A stretch of DNA of 64,000 nt from Methylococcales bacterium (GTDB lineage Bacteria; Pseudomonadota; Gammaproteobacteria; Methylococcales; Methylomonadaceae). Below, one piece after another: positions 40,016-52,608 of this stretch. A program made the translations under genes and the position numbers. The stretch covers positions 824 to 64,823 of the forward strand of contig QVQD01000200.1 in NCBI GenBank assembly GCA_003584875.1, read 5' to 3'. Position 1 is the first letter of the stretch. Each line of letters opens with the position of its first letter. Below the pieces are notes generated by a model. The model did not search any database, was not told the DNA's origin, and saw only the letters and a program-made list of their open reading frames with translations.

Positions 40016-40231
40016 ATGAAAATTAAAACTCTTATCAAAATGGCTAACAGTATCGGTGATTTTTTTAACGCAGATAGCGATAAAGAACTCGCAGCTAATG
40101 GTGTAAAAAATCACATTACTAGGACGTGGGAGCCTAGAATGCGTAAGGAATTAATCGCTTATTATCATCAAGATGGTTCTGAGTTAAGTGAATTGGTTAA
40201 AACTGCTGTTTCTGGACTTGAATCTGTTTAA
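40016..40231 (+). CDS. fdsD: Formate dehydrogenase delta subunit
   Basis: A 71-aa ORF in the terminal position of the fdsGBACD-type operon. Confidence 0.8.
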   Translation: MKIKTLIKMANSIGDFFNADSDKELAANGVKNHITRTWEPRMRKELIAYYHQDGSELSELVKTAVSGLESV

Positions 40232-40448
40232 TTAAGCTATTAATCGGCTCATTAGTTTTTACTAAGTGAGTCGACAATCTATCAATTCCGACATAAAAGT
40301 TGTCGCCGTAGCTAATCGCTCTAACTATCCATGGCTGGGATTCCGCTTTCGCTTCATCCCAGCCTACATTATAAGTAAGTTGATGTGGAACAAATTCCAG
40401 AAATCGGAGCGGAATTAGCCACTGAATCTATCTTAGTAATATGGTGGC

Positions 40449-40802
40449 TTATTTATTACCTTGTTCTAATAATGTTTTAGCTGCATCGGTATCCAGTTTT
40501 ATTTTCTCTACTGCAAGCCGAAATTTATTTTGTTTCTCATTCGCTATTTTTGCAATGAGTGCATTGTCGGCGTTAGCTTCGTTCACTACACAGGTATTAT
40601 AAATAATGGCTGCTTGTTGCCATTCATTGATCGCTTTTATACTTTGATTATAAGTGTCAATATTGTCCTGCTTAACAACGGGAACTTCAGGTTCATTTCC
40701 GCAAGAAGCTGGTGACCAAATATTATTATTAATTGAGCCTGCCATACAGACAGATACGCTGGCAGTTATTAGTAATAAGGTAAAACACGTTATTTTTATC
40801 AT
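40449..40802 (-). CDS. Secreted hypothetical protein (117 aa, signal peptide, 2 Cys)
   Basis: N-terminal MIKITCFTLLLITASVSVCMA. No family recognised. Confidence 0.5.
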   Translation of the reverse strand: MIKITCFTLLLITASVSVCMAGSINNNIWSPASCGNEPEVPVVKQDNIDTYNQSIKAINEWQQAAIIYNTCVVNEANADNALIAKIANEKQNKFRLAVEKIKLDTDAAKTLLEQGNK

Positions 40803-40953
40803 AGCTATGCCTTTTGAGATCCATAAGTTAATTATTTTATATTGACCTGCTGAATCCAGCAGAGTTGAAGAGTTTATGCTTTAGTGATCAATTCTGCAAT
40901 TCAAGAGTCACTCAGACAGCACAAGCTTATTTGAGTGACTAGATTTTGCGCTA

Positions 40954-41250
40954 CTATTTTTTGATTTCTGTTTTAGCTGGAGTTGCAGTCGAGGTATCAC
41001 TCAATAATATATCGTTAGTATTTTTATCTAAGATCTTTTTAGTGATGCCTTTGATTTGGGTTAATTCTTCTACTGTTTTGAACGGGCCCTTTTCTGTTCT
41101 GAATTTAACGATAGCTTCCGCTTTTTTCTGGCCTATACCTGCCAAAGCGTCAGCAATGGTTTTTGCATCAGCGCTATTAACATTAACGGGGCTAGCTATA
41201 GCGATAGAATTAAAAATAAATAATACCAATAACAACATTAACTTTTTCAT
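40954..41250 (-). CDS. comEA: ComEA-family helix-hairpin-helix DNA-binding protein (periplasmic)
   Basis: Signal peptide plus VNVNSADAKTIADALAGIGQKKAEAIVKFRTEKGPFKTVEEL. Confidence 0.8.
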   Translation of the reverse strand: MKKLMLLLVLFIFNSIAIASPVNVNSADAKTIADALAGIGQKKAEAIVKFRTEKGPFKTVEELTQIKGITKKILDKNTNDILLSDTSTATPAKTEIKK

Positions 41251-41381
41251 GATTTTTCCTAAGTAAGTAAGATAAATTGAATTGAATACCTTTGATGCTT
41301 AATCAACATAAAAAGTATTCATAAGAAAAGCTTAGTGGTTAATGGCAAATAAACAACGCTGAACAAAAAATATAAATAGAT

Positions 41382-42353
41382 TTAAGGCGCGTTGGCAATA
41401 ATAATCGCACGTTTAGGTGCAGGGTAACCTTCGGAAGTTAAGTGTGGGTCATCTGGATTTAAAAAATCCTTGAGTGAATGAAAGTGCATCCATTCTGTGC
41501 TGCGCTGTTCTTCAATGCTAGTTACCGTTACATCAATCAAGCGTATGTTTTTATAGCCACAACGTTTTAGCCAACTGATTAACGTGTCGCAACTGGGTAA
41601 GAACCACACATTGCGCATCATGGCATAACGATCTTCAGGCAATAGACTCTCACCTAAGCCACCGTCGATGACGAGTGTTTCTAAAATCAGTTCTCCACCC
41701 GATATTAAGCAATCTCTTAATTCCATGAGGTGATCGAGTGGTGAGCGGCGATGATAAAGCACGCCCATTGAAAACACGCTATCGAAAGTTTTAAGGCCAT
41801 AAGGTAAATCTTCTATGCCTAAGGGCAAAACATAAATCGGTGCGGTTCCATAGCATTTCTTAATGAGATGAAATTGCATGACATTTAGCAAAAAAGGATC
41901 TATGCCTATGACCATTTTTGCTTCAGCTCCCAGCATACGCCAACAGTGATAGCCATTGCCGCAACCTACATCTAAAACTAAGCGATGTTTAAGAGGGCTA
42001 ATATGATCTTTTAACCTATCCCATTTCCAATCTGAGCGCCATTCGGTATCAATGTGAATACCAAATAAGTCATAAGGGCCTTTGCGCCAAGGATGTAAGG
42101 CTTTAAGTTGCTCTGTGAATGCAAGTTTATCTGAAATTGACAACTCTTCCGCTAAACCAATTTGGATAGCAGATGCATCCAAGGTTCGGTGATCTGTTTT
42201 ATTAGGAACTAGCTGCTCAATTAGGTGTTGCCAATCTTTCAAATGACCATGTTTAGTGGTATCAAAGGCTTTTTCTAACTGTTGAGGTAATAGTTCTACC
42301 CAAGCATCAGCTTTTGCTGCCAATAAAGCATCGTATAAAGGTTGATAATCCAT
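41382..42353 (-). CDS. cmoB: tRNA U34 carboxymethyltransferase CmoB
   Basis: Contains HPWRKGPY, WRSDWKW and VLDVGCGNGYH. Confidence 0.9.
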   Translation of the reverse strand: MDYQPLYDALLAAKADAWVELLPQQLEKAFDTTKHGHLKDWQHLIEQLVPNKTDHRTLDASAIQIGLAEELSISDKLAFTEQLKALHPWRKGPYDLFGIHIDTEWRSDWKWDRLKDHISPLKHRLVLDVGCGNGYHCWRMLGAEAKMVIGIDPFLLNVMQFHLIKKCYGTAPIYVLPLGIEDLPYGLKTFDSVFSMGVLYHRRSPLDHLMELRDCLISGGELILETLVIDGGLGESLLPEDRYAMMRNVWFLPSCDTLISWLKRCGYKNIRLIDVTVTSIEEQRSTEWMHFHSLKDFLNPDDPHLTSEGYPAPKRAIIIANAP

Positions 42354-42417
42354 TATTTGTAGTTTGGCATTTTGATAAGGGGTGAGTTAATGCAGGGCAA
42401 TGCGGGGACGTAATAAT

Positions 42418-42448
42418 GTAGGTCGGGTTAGCGATAGCGTAACCCGAC
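42418..42448. repeat. Solo REP GTAGGTCGGGTTAGCGATAGCGTAACCCGAC
   Basis: Canonical family member: 9-bp stem, 9-nt loop, GTAG head. Confidence 0.8.
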
Positions 42449-42461
42449 AACGTTCGATGAT

Positions 42462-43097
42462 TTAAGAGTTTTTTGCAGCTAAGGCTTCGATGTTGCGTTT
42501 GGCTAAGCTATCAATAACTGCAGATAAAGAGCCTTTGGTTTGTACTTCGGTGCTAAAAGTGGTGCGATAATTTGTGATTAAGCTGACACCTTCTATCATG
42601 ATGTCGTAAGCTTTCCATTCGCCGTCAGCTAATATCATGCGGTAATGTACGGCAACTGGTTGCAACCCGGGTTGTAATACTTCAGTTTTTACTACCGTTT
42701 TAGTCGCTCCTTCTTCCATTTCCATCGGTAAAAAGCGTATCGACCAATCTTTAAATTCAACAAAGGCACGAGAATAGGTTCTAACTAACAGGGTTTGAAA
42801 TTCTTTTTTGAAGCGTGTTTGTTCATCTGGCGTTGCAGTATTCCAAAGCTTACCTAACACTAAAGCAGATATTTTATCGAAATCGGTATGAGGCAAAATA
42901 GCTTCATTAACGAACTTATTAACGTTAGCAAAATCTTTGATAAAGGTTTTGTCTTGCATTTTATGTTGTAATTTTGTTGAAGCGCTTTCAATGGCAAGTT
43001 GTGGAGCGGATAAATCTGCAGCCATTATGCTTGTAAACGGCATTAATGATAATAATGCAGCAAGAAAACCTAACAAAGTGTAGCGTCTAACGTTCAT
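42462..43097 (-). CDS. mlaC: MlaC/Ttg2D-family periplasmic phospholipid-binding protein (no mlaFEDB neighbours)
   Basis: 211 aa with a signal peptide. The family resemblance includes LGKLWNTATPDEQTRFKKEFQTLLVRTYS. Confidence 0.75.
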   Translation of the reverse strand: MNVRRYTLLGFLAALLSLMPFTSIMAADLSAPQLAIESASTKLQHKMQDKTFIKDFANVNKFVNEAILPHTDFDKISALVLGKLWNTATPDEQTRFKKEFQTLLVRTYSRAFVEFKDWSIRFLPMEMEEGATKTVVKTEVLQPGLQPVAVHYRMILADGEWKAYDIMIEGVSLITNYRTTFSTEVQTKGSLSAVIDSLAKRNIEALAAKNS

Positions 43098-43127
43098 AAA
43101 ACCCTCTAAGTTAAAACTAGTTTATAG

Positions 43128-45079
<1,952 letters not shown>

Positions 45080-45143
45080 AAAGGACAATAAATCTACATA
45101 GATTCTGTAAATGTCGGGACAGGTTGCGCACTGTCCCACAGGG

Positions 45144-45344
45144 CATAGGTATCTACACAAGTTTCTTATCGGCGTGGAAACGATAAAAATCACCGTAGGG
45201 GCGTATTGCATACGCCCAACATTGAAAGTCCAATGTTATAGAGCTTATTTTATAAGGGCGTATGCAATACGCCCCTACGATCTTCACCACAAAGTTATCG
45301 TTCGCGCGTGGAAATGCTAACAATTAATTGTGTAGATATCTATG
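45144..45344. mobile_element. MITE-like element, copy C (201 bp)
   Basis: Near-identical to 6696-6896. The track ORF 45111-45320 lies inside it. Confidence 0.75.
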
Positions 45345-45461
45345 CCCTTAAGGTAAGCATAGTGAGGGCTCTTTAGATTTTAAAAGTAAGTGATTTGTAG
45401 GGGCGATAGATTCGCCCAGTACATTCGTCTTTTGAAACGTGGCGAAGCTGCCACCCTAAAG

Positions 45462-45998
45462 TTATAACCCCGTATTTAAATATTCATTTTTCAAGAGCAC
45501 ATAGTGTTGAGCAGAATATTCTAAGTAGGTTTTCTCTTGATCTGTTAAGGGTCTCATGGCTAGGGCGGGTGATCCGATATATAAGTAACCGCCTTGCAAG
45601 TGTTTGCCAGGTGGTACTAATGAACCTGCTCCCAGCAGTACATAGTCTTCTAATACAGCATCATCCATTACAATGGCACCTATACCGACTAAGCAAAAAT
45701 CACCTATCGTACAAGCATGTATAACTGCTCGATGGCCGACAGTGACACTTTTGCCAATATTTAAGGGATGACCATTAGCTGAGAACTTGCCAGCATGAGA
45801 TACATGTAGCACTGCGCCATCTTGAATATTAGTGCTATCGCCTATGGTGATGCTCTCTACATCAGCTCTGATTACAGTAGTCGGCCAGATTGAGACGTCA
45901 TGGCCGAGGGTGACATCACCGATAACTACCGCACTTTCATCGATATAAACGGATGAGCCTAAAATGGGGCGCTTATTGTGAAATGCTCTAAGGGACAT
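45462..45998 (-). CDS. Gamma-carbonic-anhydrase-family hexapeptide protein (YrdA/PaaY-like)
   Basis: Left-handed beta-helix repeats and His residues in VGHRAVIHAC. Confidence 0.85.
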   Translation of the reverse strand: MSLRAFHNKRPILGSSVYIDESAVVIGDVTLGHDVSIWPTTVIRADVESITIGDSTNIQDGAVLHVSHAGKFSANGHPLNIGKSVTVGHRAVIHACTIGDFCLVGIGAIVMDDAVLEDYVLLGAGSLVPPGKHLQGGYLYIGSPALAMRPLTDQEKTYLEYSAQHYVLLKNEYLNTGL

Positions 45999-46204
45999 AA
46001 TATGTTTGGGTTATTAATGTTGATAAAAGTAGAATATTGACACAAGTCACTTAATTAGTGATAGTAAATCTTATTGATGGGCTAGTAAGTTAAGGTGGAA
46101 TTATTATGTTTCCGATTGTCTCGCCTTAATTTGCTAAACTATTTATGCCTATAAACAAAGTATTTTTTTATTCTACCTTTACTCAATTATTCCTAAGGGA
46201 ATCT

Positions 46205-46906
46205 ATGAAAGTTATACAAGGAGACGGCTTTACTGCCGAGATCATTCGATCATCCAAAAGAAAAACCTCAGCGATCAAGATTCAAAAAGGGCTCGTCTAT
46301 ATCATGGTACCTAAGAGCTTGAGTCAGGATGCCATTAAATCTTTAGTCTTTAATAAAACACGCTGGATTAACGAAAAACTGTCACATCAACAAGGTATAT
46401 TAGCCTTGCCTGCCAAGGTTTTTAAATCAGGTGAGCGTTATGCGTATTTAGGCTCTGAGGTTACTTTATCGATTAATAGTGGACTATCTCCGAACATTAA
46501 GTTACTTGATGATCAGTTGATCGTTACCGTGCGTGATCCAAGTTTAGATTGTTCTGATAGTATTAAAGCCTTGTTAATGAATTGGTATAAGCAGCAAGCA
46601 GTAGCCGTTTTAAAGATAAAAACGCAGCGCTATGCCATGATTATGGGGGTTCAGCCTACAAGTATTACTATTAAAACTTATAAGGCACGTTGGGGTAGTT
46701 GTAGTTTGTCAGGTGCTATACAGTTCAATTGGAAATTAATGATGGCGCCTGATAGCGTCATTGATTATGTGGTTGTTCATGAGCTCTGCCATCTGTTGCA
46801 TCATAATCATTCACCGGCTTTTTGGGCAGCGGTGGCACGCTATTACCCCAATTATCGAAATCAGAGTGCATGGTTGAAACAGCATGGTGCTAGCTTGGAG
46901 ATATAA
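46205..46906 (+). CDS. M48-family metallopeptidase (YgjP/DUF45-like), start at MKVIQGDG
   Basis: Contains HELCHLLHHNHSPAFW. An SD (AAGGGA) precedes ATG 46205; the track ORF starts 20 codons earlier. Confidence 0.8.
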   Translation: MKVIQGDGFTAEIIRSSKRKTSAIKIQKGLVYIMVPKSLSQDAIKSLVFNKTRWINEKLSHQQGILALPAKVFKSGERYAYLGSEVTLSINSGLSPNIKLLDDQLIVTVRDPSLDCSDSIKALLMNWYKQQAVAVLKIKTQRYAMIMGVQPTSITIKTYKARWGSCSLSGAIQFNWKLMMAPDSVIDYVVVHELCHLLHHNHSPAFWAAVARYYPNYRNQSAWLKQHGASLEI

Positions 46907-46940
46907 ATATGACTAGCAACTAAATGCGCGAAAATATTGT

Positions 46941-47014
46941 GTAGTTCGGGTTAGCGATAGCGTAACCCGACACATTACGATTATTTCGGGTTACGCTATC
47001 GCTAACCCGACCAC
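46941..47014. repeat. REPIN (inverted pair of the GTCGGGTTA..TAACCCGAC REP)
   Basis: The sequence is gtagttcgggttagcgatagcgtaacccgac ... ttcgggttacgctatcgctaacccgacc. Confidence 0.8.
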
Positions 47015-47050
47015 CTAAAAACTTACACATGATAATTAACCTTTCGTGGA

Positions 47051-49600
47051 ATGATTATGAGTAACAAAGCAATAACAAAGAAGCAGGAACATAGTAAAGC
47101 CTTTTGGAGTCAGTCTGTCGATGCATATTATGAGCAGCTAGATACTAGCTCTGAAGGGATAACTCAAAAGCAAGCTAAGCGGCGACTTAAACAATACGGC
47201 CCCAATCGACTTTACGATAAAAATGGTAAGGGCTATGTCAGTTTGTTTCTTGCTCAGTTTAAAAACTCTATTATTCTTATTTTGCTGTTTGCTACGGGCT
47301 TATCTTTCTTTTTAAATGACCATCTGGATGCGGCGATAATCTTAAGCATCGTTTTAATGAGTGGTTGTTTGGGTTTTTGGCAAGAAAAGGGCGCTGCTAA
47401 TGCGGTCAAAGAGTTACTGGCGTTGGTGCAAATCACTGTATCAGTGCGGCGTGATGGGCTTATTGAAGAGCTAGCGAGTGATAGGCTAGTGCCTGGCGAT
47501 ATGATTATGCTTAAGTCTGGAGATGTTATTCCTGCGGATTGTTTGATGATAAGATCTGATAATTTGTTTGTTGATGAAGCTATTTTAACAGGTGAGAGTT
47601 TTCCAGTAGAAAAGCAAGCTAGCATATTGCCTGAAGATACGCCTTTAAGTCAACGCACTAATGCGTTATGGATGGGAACACATGTACAAAGTGGAACGGC
47701 TACCGCTTTAGTAATTGCCACAGGGCTAGCGACGGAATTTGGTCAGTTATCATTGCGTATGAAACTTAAAGCACCTGAAACTGAGTTTGAACGCGGAGTC
47801 AGGCGCTTTGGTTATTTATTGATGGAAGTGACCTTGATTTTGGTTATTTTGATTTTTGCGGTCAACGTCTATCTAGCTAAGCCCGTAGTCGATTCATTTT
47901 TATTTGCCTTGGCGCTAGCGGTTGGTTTAACACCGCAATTATTGCCAGCCATCATTAGCGTAAATCTAGCGCATGGCGCTAAACGTATGGCTGCACAGAA
48001 AGTTATCGTCAAGCAACTAGCCTCCATAGAAAATTTTGGCAGTATGAATGTTTTATGTTCGGATAAAACAGGCACCCTAACTGAAGGTAAAGTGCATTTA
48101 CAAGGAGCAGTCGATATTTTTGGCGATGCTAATGATAAGGTCGCTCGCTATGCTTATCTTAATTCCATTTATGAAACGGGCTTTAATAATCCTATTGATA
48201 ACGCCATTAGGGAAAATAGGGTCTTTGATTTAATTGGCACTGAGAAGCTGGCCGAAATTCCTTATGATTATTATCGTAAGTGCATCAGCATCTTAGTAGA
48301 AGATCAGGAGCAAACTGTGCTTTTGACTAAGGGCGCCTTAACGAATGTGCTGGATTTATGTACAGAAGTCGAAACTACCAATGTTGGGACCCTAGCAATA
48401 GGATCGGCAATGTCATTGATACACAAACGTTACGAAGAGTTTAGTGAACAAGGTTATCGCACCTTAGGTTTAGCTTATAAACTCTTAAAGAATCGTGATG
48501 ATTTCGATAAGTCTGAAGAGCGAGGGATGTGCTTTTTAGGTTTCTTAGTGTTTTTTGATCCACCAAAAGCCGATAGTGCTGAGACTATCGAGCAGTTAAA
48601 TGAGTTGGGCGTTACCTTAAAGATTATTACCGGTGATAATCGTTTAGTGGCTGCCACGGTAGGGAAACAATTAGGGCTCGCTGAACATGAAATTCTAACA
48701 GGCCCTGAAATTCATGAAATGAGTGATTTGGCGTTAATTAATCAAGTAGCGACTGTCGATTTATTCGCCGAAATTGAGCCTAATCAAAAAGAACGCATCA
48801 TCATCGCTTTAAAGAATGCGGGTTTTGTGGTTGGTTATATGGGCGATGGTATAAATGATGTCTCGGCTTTACATGCCGCTGATGTGGGTATTTCTGTTAA
48901 TAGCGCCGCTGATGTTGCCAAAGAAACTGCACAAATTGTGTTAATGGAGAAAAGTCTAGGCGTTTTAGTGCAAGGAGTTAGGGAAGGGCGTACTACTTTT
49001 GCTAATACCTTAAAGTACGTGTTTATGGCGACTAGTTCTAATTTTGGCAATATGTTTAGCATGGCAGGTGCTTCGTTGTTTTTGCCTTTTCTACCCTTAT
49101 TACCTAAGCAAATCTTATTAACCAATTTATTAACAGACTTTCCTGAAATGACCATCGCCTCTGATAATGTCGATGAGAACATGGTAGCCCAGCCAAAACG
49201 CTGGGATATTAAGTTTATTCGTAAGTTTATGATAACCTTTGGCTTAGTCAGCTCAATTTTTGATTATACGACCTTTGGCTTATTGCTGAGCTTAAATGTA
49301 TCTCCTGAACAGTTTCGTACCGCATGGTTTGTAGAGTCTGTCGTTTCAGCTTCTTTGATTGTTTTTGTAGTACGGAGTAGTCGTGCCTTTTTTAAAACCC
49401 GCCCTGGGAGTTATTTAATAGCAGCAACCCTTTGCATAGTGGCTATTACAGTTAGCTTACCTTATACACCTTTGGCACCTATTATAGGTTTTGTACCTTT
49501 GCCAGCCTCTTTATTGTCAATGTTAGCGTTGATTGTCGTGATGTACTTGGCATCGGCTGAAATTACTAAACATGTTTTTTATCGTTATAATAGGCTGTAA
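47051..49600 (+). CDS. mgtA: Magnesium-translocating P-type ATPase (MgtA type)
   Basis: Contains LTGESFPVEK, DKTGTLT, TGDN and GDGINDVSALHAADVGISV. The C-terminal FLPFLPLLPKQILLTNLLTDFPE..DNVDE...PKRWD is colinear with MgtA as I recall it. Confidence 0.85.
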   Translation: MIMSNKAITKKQEHSKAFWSQSVDAYYEQLDTSSEGITQKQAKRRLKQYGPNRLYDKNGKGYVSLFLAQFKNSIILILLFATGLSFFLNDHLDAAIILSIVLMSGCLGFWQEKGAANAVKELLALVQITVSVRRDGLIEELASDRLVPGDMIMLKSGDVIPADCLMIRSDNLFVDEAILTGESFPVEKQASILPEDTPLSQRTNALWMGTHVQSGTATALVIATGLATEFGQLSLRMKLKAPETEFERGVRRFGYLLMEVTLILVILIFAVNVYLAKPVVDSFLFALALAVGLTPQLLPAIISVNLAHGAKRMAAQKVIVKQLASIENFGSMNVLCSDKTGTLTEGKVHLQGAVDIFGDANDKVARYAYLNSIYETGFNNPIDNAIRENRVFDLIGTEKLAEIPYDYYRKCISILVEDQEQTVLLTKGALTNVLDLCTEVETTNVGTLAIGSAMSLIHKRYEEFSEQGYRTLGLAYKLLKNRDDFDKSEERGMCFLGFLVFFDPPKADSAETIEQLNELGVTLKIITGDNRLVAATVGKQLGLAEHEILTGPEIHEMSDLALINQVATVDLFAEIEPNQKERIIIALKNAGFVVGYMGDGINDVSALHAADVGISVNSAADVAKETAQIVLMEKSLGVLVQGVREGRTTFANTLKYVFMATSSNFGNMFSMAGASLFLPFLPLLPKQILLTNLLTDFPEMTIASDNVDENMVAQPKRWDIKFIRKFMITFGLVSSIFDYTTFGLLLSLNVSPEQFRTAWFVESVVSASLIVFVVRSSRAFFKTRPGSYLIAATLCIVAITVSLPYTPLAPIIGFVPLPASLLSMLALIVVMYLASAEITKHVFYRYNRL

Positions 49601-49747
49601 GTTGCGGATTTTAAATTTATTGTGTGGTATCAATCGTTAACAGTTCGTCACTTAGGTAATCGAGGTAAAGAGGAAAATGCAGGTCTTTAAAATAACTTTG
49701 CTTTAGTTTTTGCGAATCCAAGTTACTCATAAGCATCTTCAAAGTGT

Positions 49748-49887
49748 AGTGGGGTTTTTACCGGTGCAGGTGCTGCCGATTATCTGCTTGATTATGCGGC
49801 ATACTCGGAAATATGGATTTCCGGTAGTGCTGTCTTGTCTTTTCTAGCGGCATTGTGGTTAATTAATTACAAAGATGAAGGATGCTG
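49748..49887 (+). pseudogene. Possible 3-prime remnant of a membrane-transporter gene (no start, open for only ~50 codons)
   Basis: My translation is SGVFTGAGAADYLLDYAAYSEIWISGSAVLSFLAALWLINYKDEGC*, preceded by an in-frame stop at 49730. It looks like the last TM helices of a transporter. Confidence 0.25.
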
Positions 49888-49986
49888 AATTACTATGCCA
49901 GACCTGTAGTGATCTCGCATTATTTCGATAAATCATAGCTTATTAAAAAACAAGTTTTTGATTTGTTAGTATTAATTTACTACTTA

Positions 49987-50073
49987 TGGTACCGAGAAGC
50001 CGACTCGAACGGCCACGAGCTTGCGCCCACTAGCACCTGAAGCTAGCGTGTCTACCAATTCCACCATCCCGGC
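49987..50073 (-). tRNA. tRNA-Leu (anticodon CAG), 87 nt with a long variable arm and encoded CCA
   Basis: The reverse complement is GCCGGGATGGTGGAATTGGTAGACACGCTAGCTTCAGGTGCTAGTGGGCGCAAGCTCGTGGCCGTTCGAGTCGGCTTCTCGGTACCA. It folds as a cloverleaf with anticodon loop TTCAGGT and closely resembles E. coli tRNA-Leu(CAG). Confidence 0.95.
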
Positions 50074-50302
50074 AAGGACGCTTTATAAAAGCTGAGTAGC
50101 TGGCGAATATACTTAGGGCATGTTTTTTTGTCAATTAATTAATCTTCCATCTTTCTAATTGTATTGGTTTATAAACATGATTTTCTAGTAAAATAACAAC
50201 TAATCTGTATTTTCCGTTCTACTCTTTAAGTTAAGCATGTATCATGTGCGCTGTAACTCTATTACTTAATTGTATTAATCACCTTGTATCTATATTAAAT
50301 AA

Positions 50303-52561
50303 ATGCCATCGAAGTCTAATAAAGACGTTGATTTGAATTCAACACAAGACCCATACGCTCAGCGTGAAGCTGAAAAGTATGAAAATCCCATTCCTAGTCG
50401 TGAACTGATACTCCATAATTTGGAGCAGGCTGGAAAGCCTTTGTCGCGAGTAGAGTTTGCTACTATTTTTAAACTTGAAAGTGATGACGATCTAGAAGCT
50501 CTCCGTCGACGTTTAAGAGCAATGGAGCGTGACGGTCAATTATTATTCAACCGTGGTCAACGCTATTGCCTCGTTAATAATAAAGATTTAATTGTTGGTC
50601 GAATTATCGGTCATGCTGATGGTTTTGGATTTGTTAGACCTGATGACGGCTCTGATGATTTGTATTTGTCGCCCCGTGAAATGAATCCCCTATTACATAA
50701 TGATAGGGCGATGGTTCGTATTGCTGGTATCGATAAGAAAGGGCGACGTGAAGGTGCGGTCGTTGAGATTTTAGAAAGAAATACCCATCAAATTGTCGGC
50801 CGCCTTTATAAAGAAGATGGCTTTACCTATGTTGTCCCTGACAATAAGAATATTGCACAAACACTGTTAGTTATGAACGGTGAGGCAGGTGACGCAAAGC
50901 AAGGACAAATTGTTATTGCTGAAATTGTTGAGCAGCCGACTAAGTTACGCCAACCTATAGGTCGAGTCATTGAAGTGTTAGGGGATCATCTTGCTCCCGG
51001 CATGGAAATTGAAATGGCTATTCGTTCTTATGAATTACCTAATGTTTGGCCTGCCGAATTACTTGAATCTATTAAAACGCTTAGTTCTGAGGTGCCTGAA
51101 TCTGCAAAAGAAGGTCGTGTAGATTTACGAAAACTGCCATTAGTGACTATTGATGGTGAAGATGCCCGAGATTTCGATGATGCTGTCTTCTGTAAAAAAA
51201 CGCCTAAAGGTTGGAAACTTTTGGTAGCGATTGCCGATGTTTCGCATTATGTACAAGTTAATAGTGAATTAGACAAAGAAGCCAAAAATCGTAGTACGTC
51301 GGTTTATTTTCCTGAGCAAGTTATTCCTATGTTGCCAGAAATATTATCGAATGGTTTGTGCTCGCTTAACCCTCATGTTGATCGTTTATGTATGGTTTGT
51401 GAATTAATCATAGACGATGAAGGCAAAGTTACTCGTTCTAAGTTTTACGATGCTGTTATGTGTTCACACGCTCGGTTAACGTATACCGAAGTGGCTAAAA
51501 TGTTGGTCGATGGTGATGTGGCGTTAGCAGAAAAACACAATGCCTTAATGCCACATCTGCGTGAACTTTACGCACTTTACAAAGCCATGAGAATTCAGCG
51601 CGAACTTCGTGGCGCGATGGACTTTGATACCCAAGAAACACGTATAGTTTTTGCAAAAGATCGTAAGATCGACAAAATAATTCCCGTAGTGCGTAATGAT
51701 GCACATAAGCTCATTGAAGAGTTTATGATTACCGCAAATAGTGCGGCTGCGCGTTTTTTGAATGCCAAGAAAATACCTAAGTTATTACGTATTCATGAAG
51801 GGCCGAGTGCAGATAAATTATTAAATCTGAAAACCTTTTTAGGTGAATTGGGCTTAAAGTTCGGTGGCGGAACAAGTCCTACCCCCTTAGATTATATGCA
51901 TTTGGTCGATAGCGTTAAAGATCGTCCTGACGCGCATTTAATTCAGACAGTTTTGTTACGCTCTATGTCTCAAGCGGTCTATAGCCCTGACCTTAAAGGC
52001 CATTTCGGTTTAGCCTTAGATGCTTACGCACATTTTACCTCGCCTATACGTCGCTATCCTGATCTACTTGTACATCGTGCCATTCGTCATTGTTTATTAG
52101 ATAAAAAGATAGAGAATTTTGTTTACGGTGTACCTGAAATGATCTTGTTAGGCGAACATTGTTCGGCTAATGAACGTCGCGCTGATGATGCAACACGCGA
52201 TGTAGTCAGTTGGTTAAAATGTGAATATATGATGGATAAGATTGGAGAAGAATTTTCCGGTATTATTTCCGCAGTAACCTCATTTGGCTTTTTTGTTGAA
52301 TTGGCTGATATTTACGTTGAAGGCTTAGTGCATATTAGCAACTTAGGCCAAGACTATTTTCATTTTGATGCTACCAGCCATCAATTAAAAGGTGAGCGCA
52401 GTGGTATTAATTACCGTTTAGGCGATAGGGTAAAGATCAGAGTGGTTCGAGTTGATCTGGATGAAAAGAAAATGGATTTTGAGCTGCTTCAAAAGGGTGG
52501 AGTTCCTGCTAGTGAAGCTGTGTCTGATAAGCCTAAAAAGCGTCGCAGAAAGAAAAAGTAA
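50303..52561 (+). CDS. rnr: Ribonuclease R
   Basis: RNB domain (DFDDAV, HFGLA..YAHFTSPIRRYPDL), S1 domain and a Lys/Arg-rich tail. Confidence 0.95.
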   Translation: MPSKSNKDVDLNSTQDPYAQREAEKYENPIPSRELILHNLEQAGKPLSRVEFATIFKLESDDDLEALRRRLRAMERDGQLLFNRGQRYCLVNNKDLIVGRIIGHADGFGFVRPDDGSDDLYLSPREMNPLLHNDRAMVRIAGIDKKGRREGAVVEILERNTHQIVGRLYKEDGFTYVVPDNKNIAQTLLVMNGEAGDAKQGQIVIAEIVEQPTKLRQPIGRVIEVLGDHLAPGMEIEMAIRSYELPNVWPAELLESIKTLSSEVPESAKEGRVDLRKLPLVTIDGEDARDFDDAVFCKKTPKGWKLLVAIADVSHYVQVNSELDKEAKNRSTSVYFPEQVIPMLPEILSNGLCSLNPHVDRLCMVCELIIDDEGKVTRSKFYDAVMCSHARLTYTEVAKMLVDGDVALAEKHNALMPHLRELYALYKAMRIQRELRGAMDFDTQETRIVFAKDRKIDKIIPVVRNDAHKLIEEFMITANSAAARFLNAKKIPKLLRIHEGPSADKLLNLKTFLGELGLKFGGGTSPTPLDYMHLVDSVKDRPDAHLIQTVLLRSMSQAVYSPDLKGHFGLALDAYAHFTSPIRRYPDLLVHRAIRHCLLDKKIENFVYGVPEMILLGEHCSANERRADDATRDVVSWLKCEYMMDKIGEEFSGIISAVTSFGFFVELADIYVEGLVHISNLGQDYFHFDATSHQLKGERSGINYRLGDRVKIRVVRVDLDEKKMDFELLQKGGVPASEAVSDKPKKRRRKKK

Positions 52562-52608
52562 GAGTTAAGGCTGAATAAAATAATTAGTTGTAGTTGTAAG
52601 CAGAAATA

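Noticed and set aside
40946-41266. 106-aa plus-strand ORF
   Set aside because: It is the exact antisense of the ComEA-like gene, which has a signal peptide and a helix-hairpin-helix motif.
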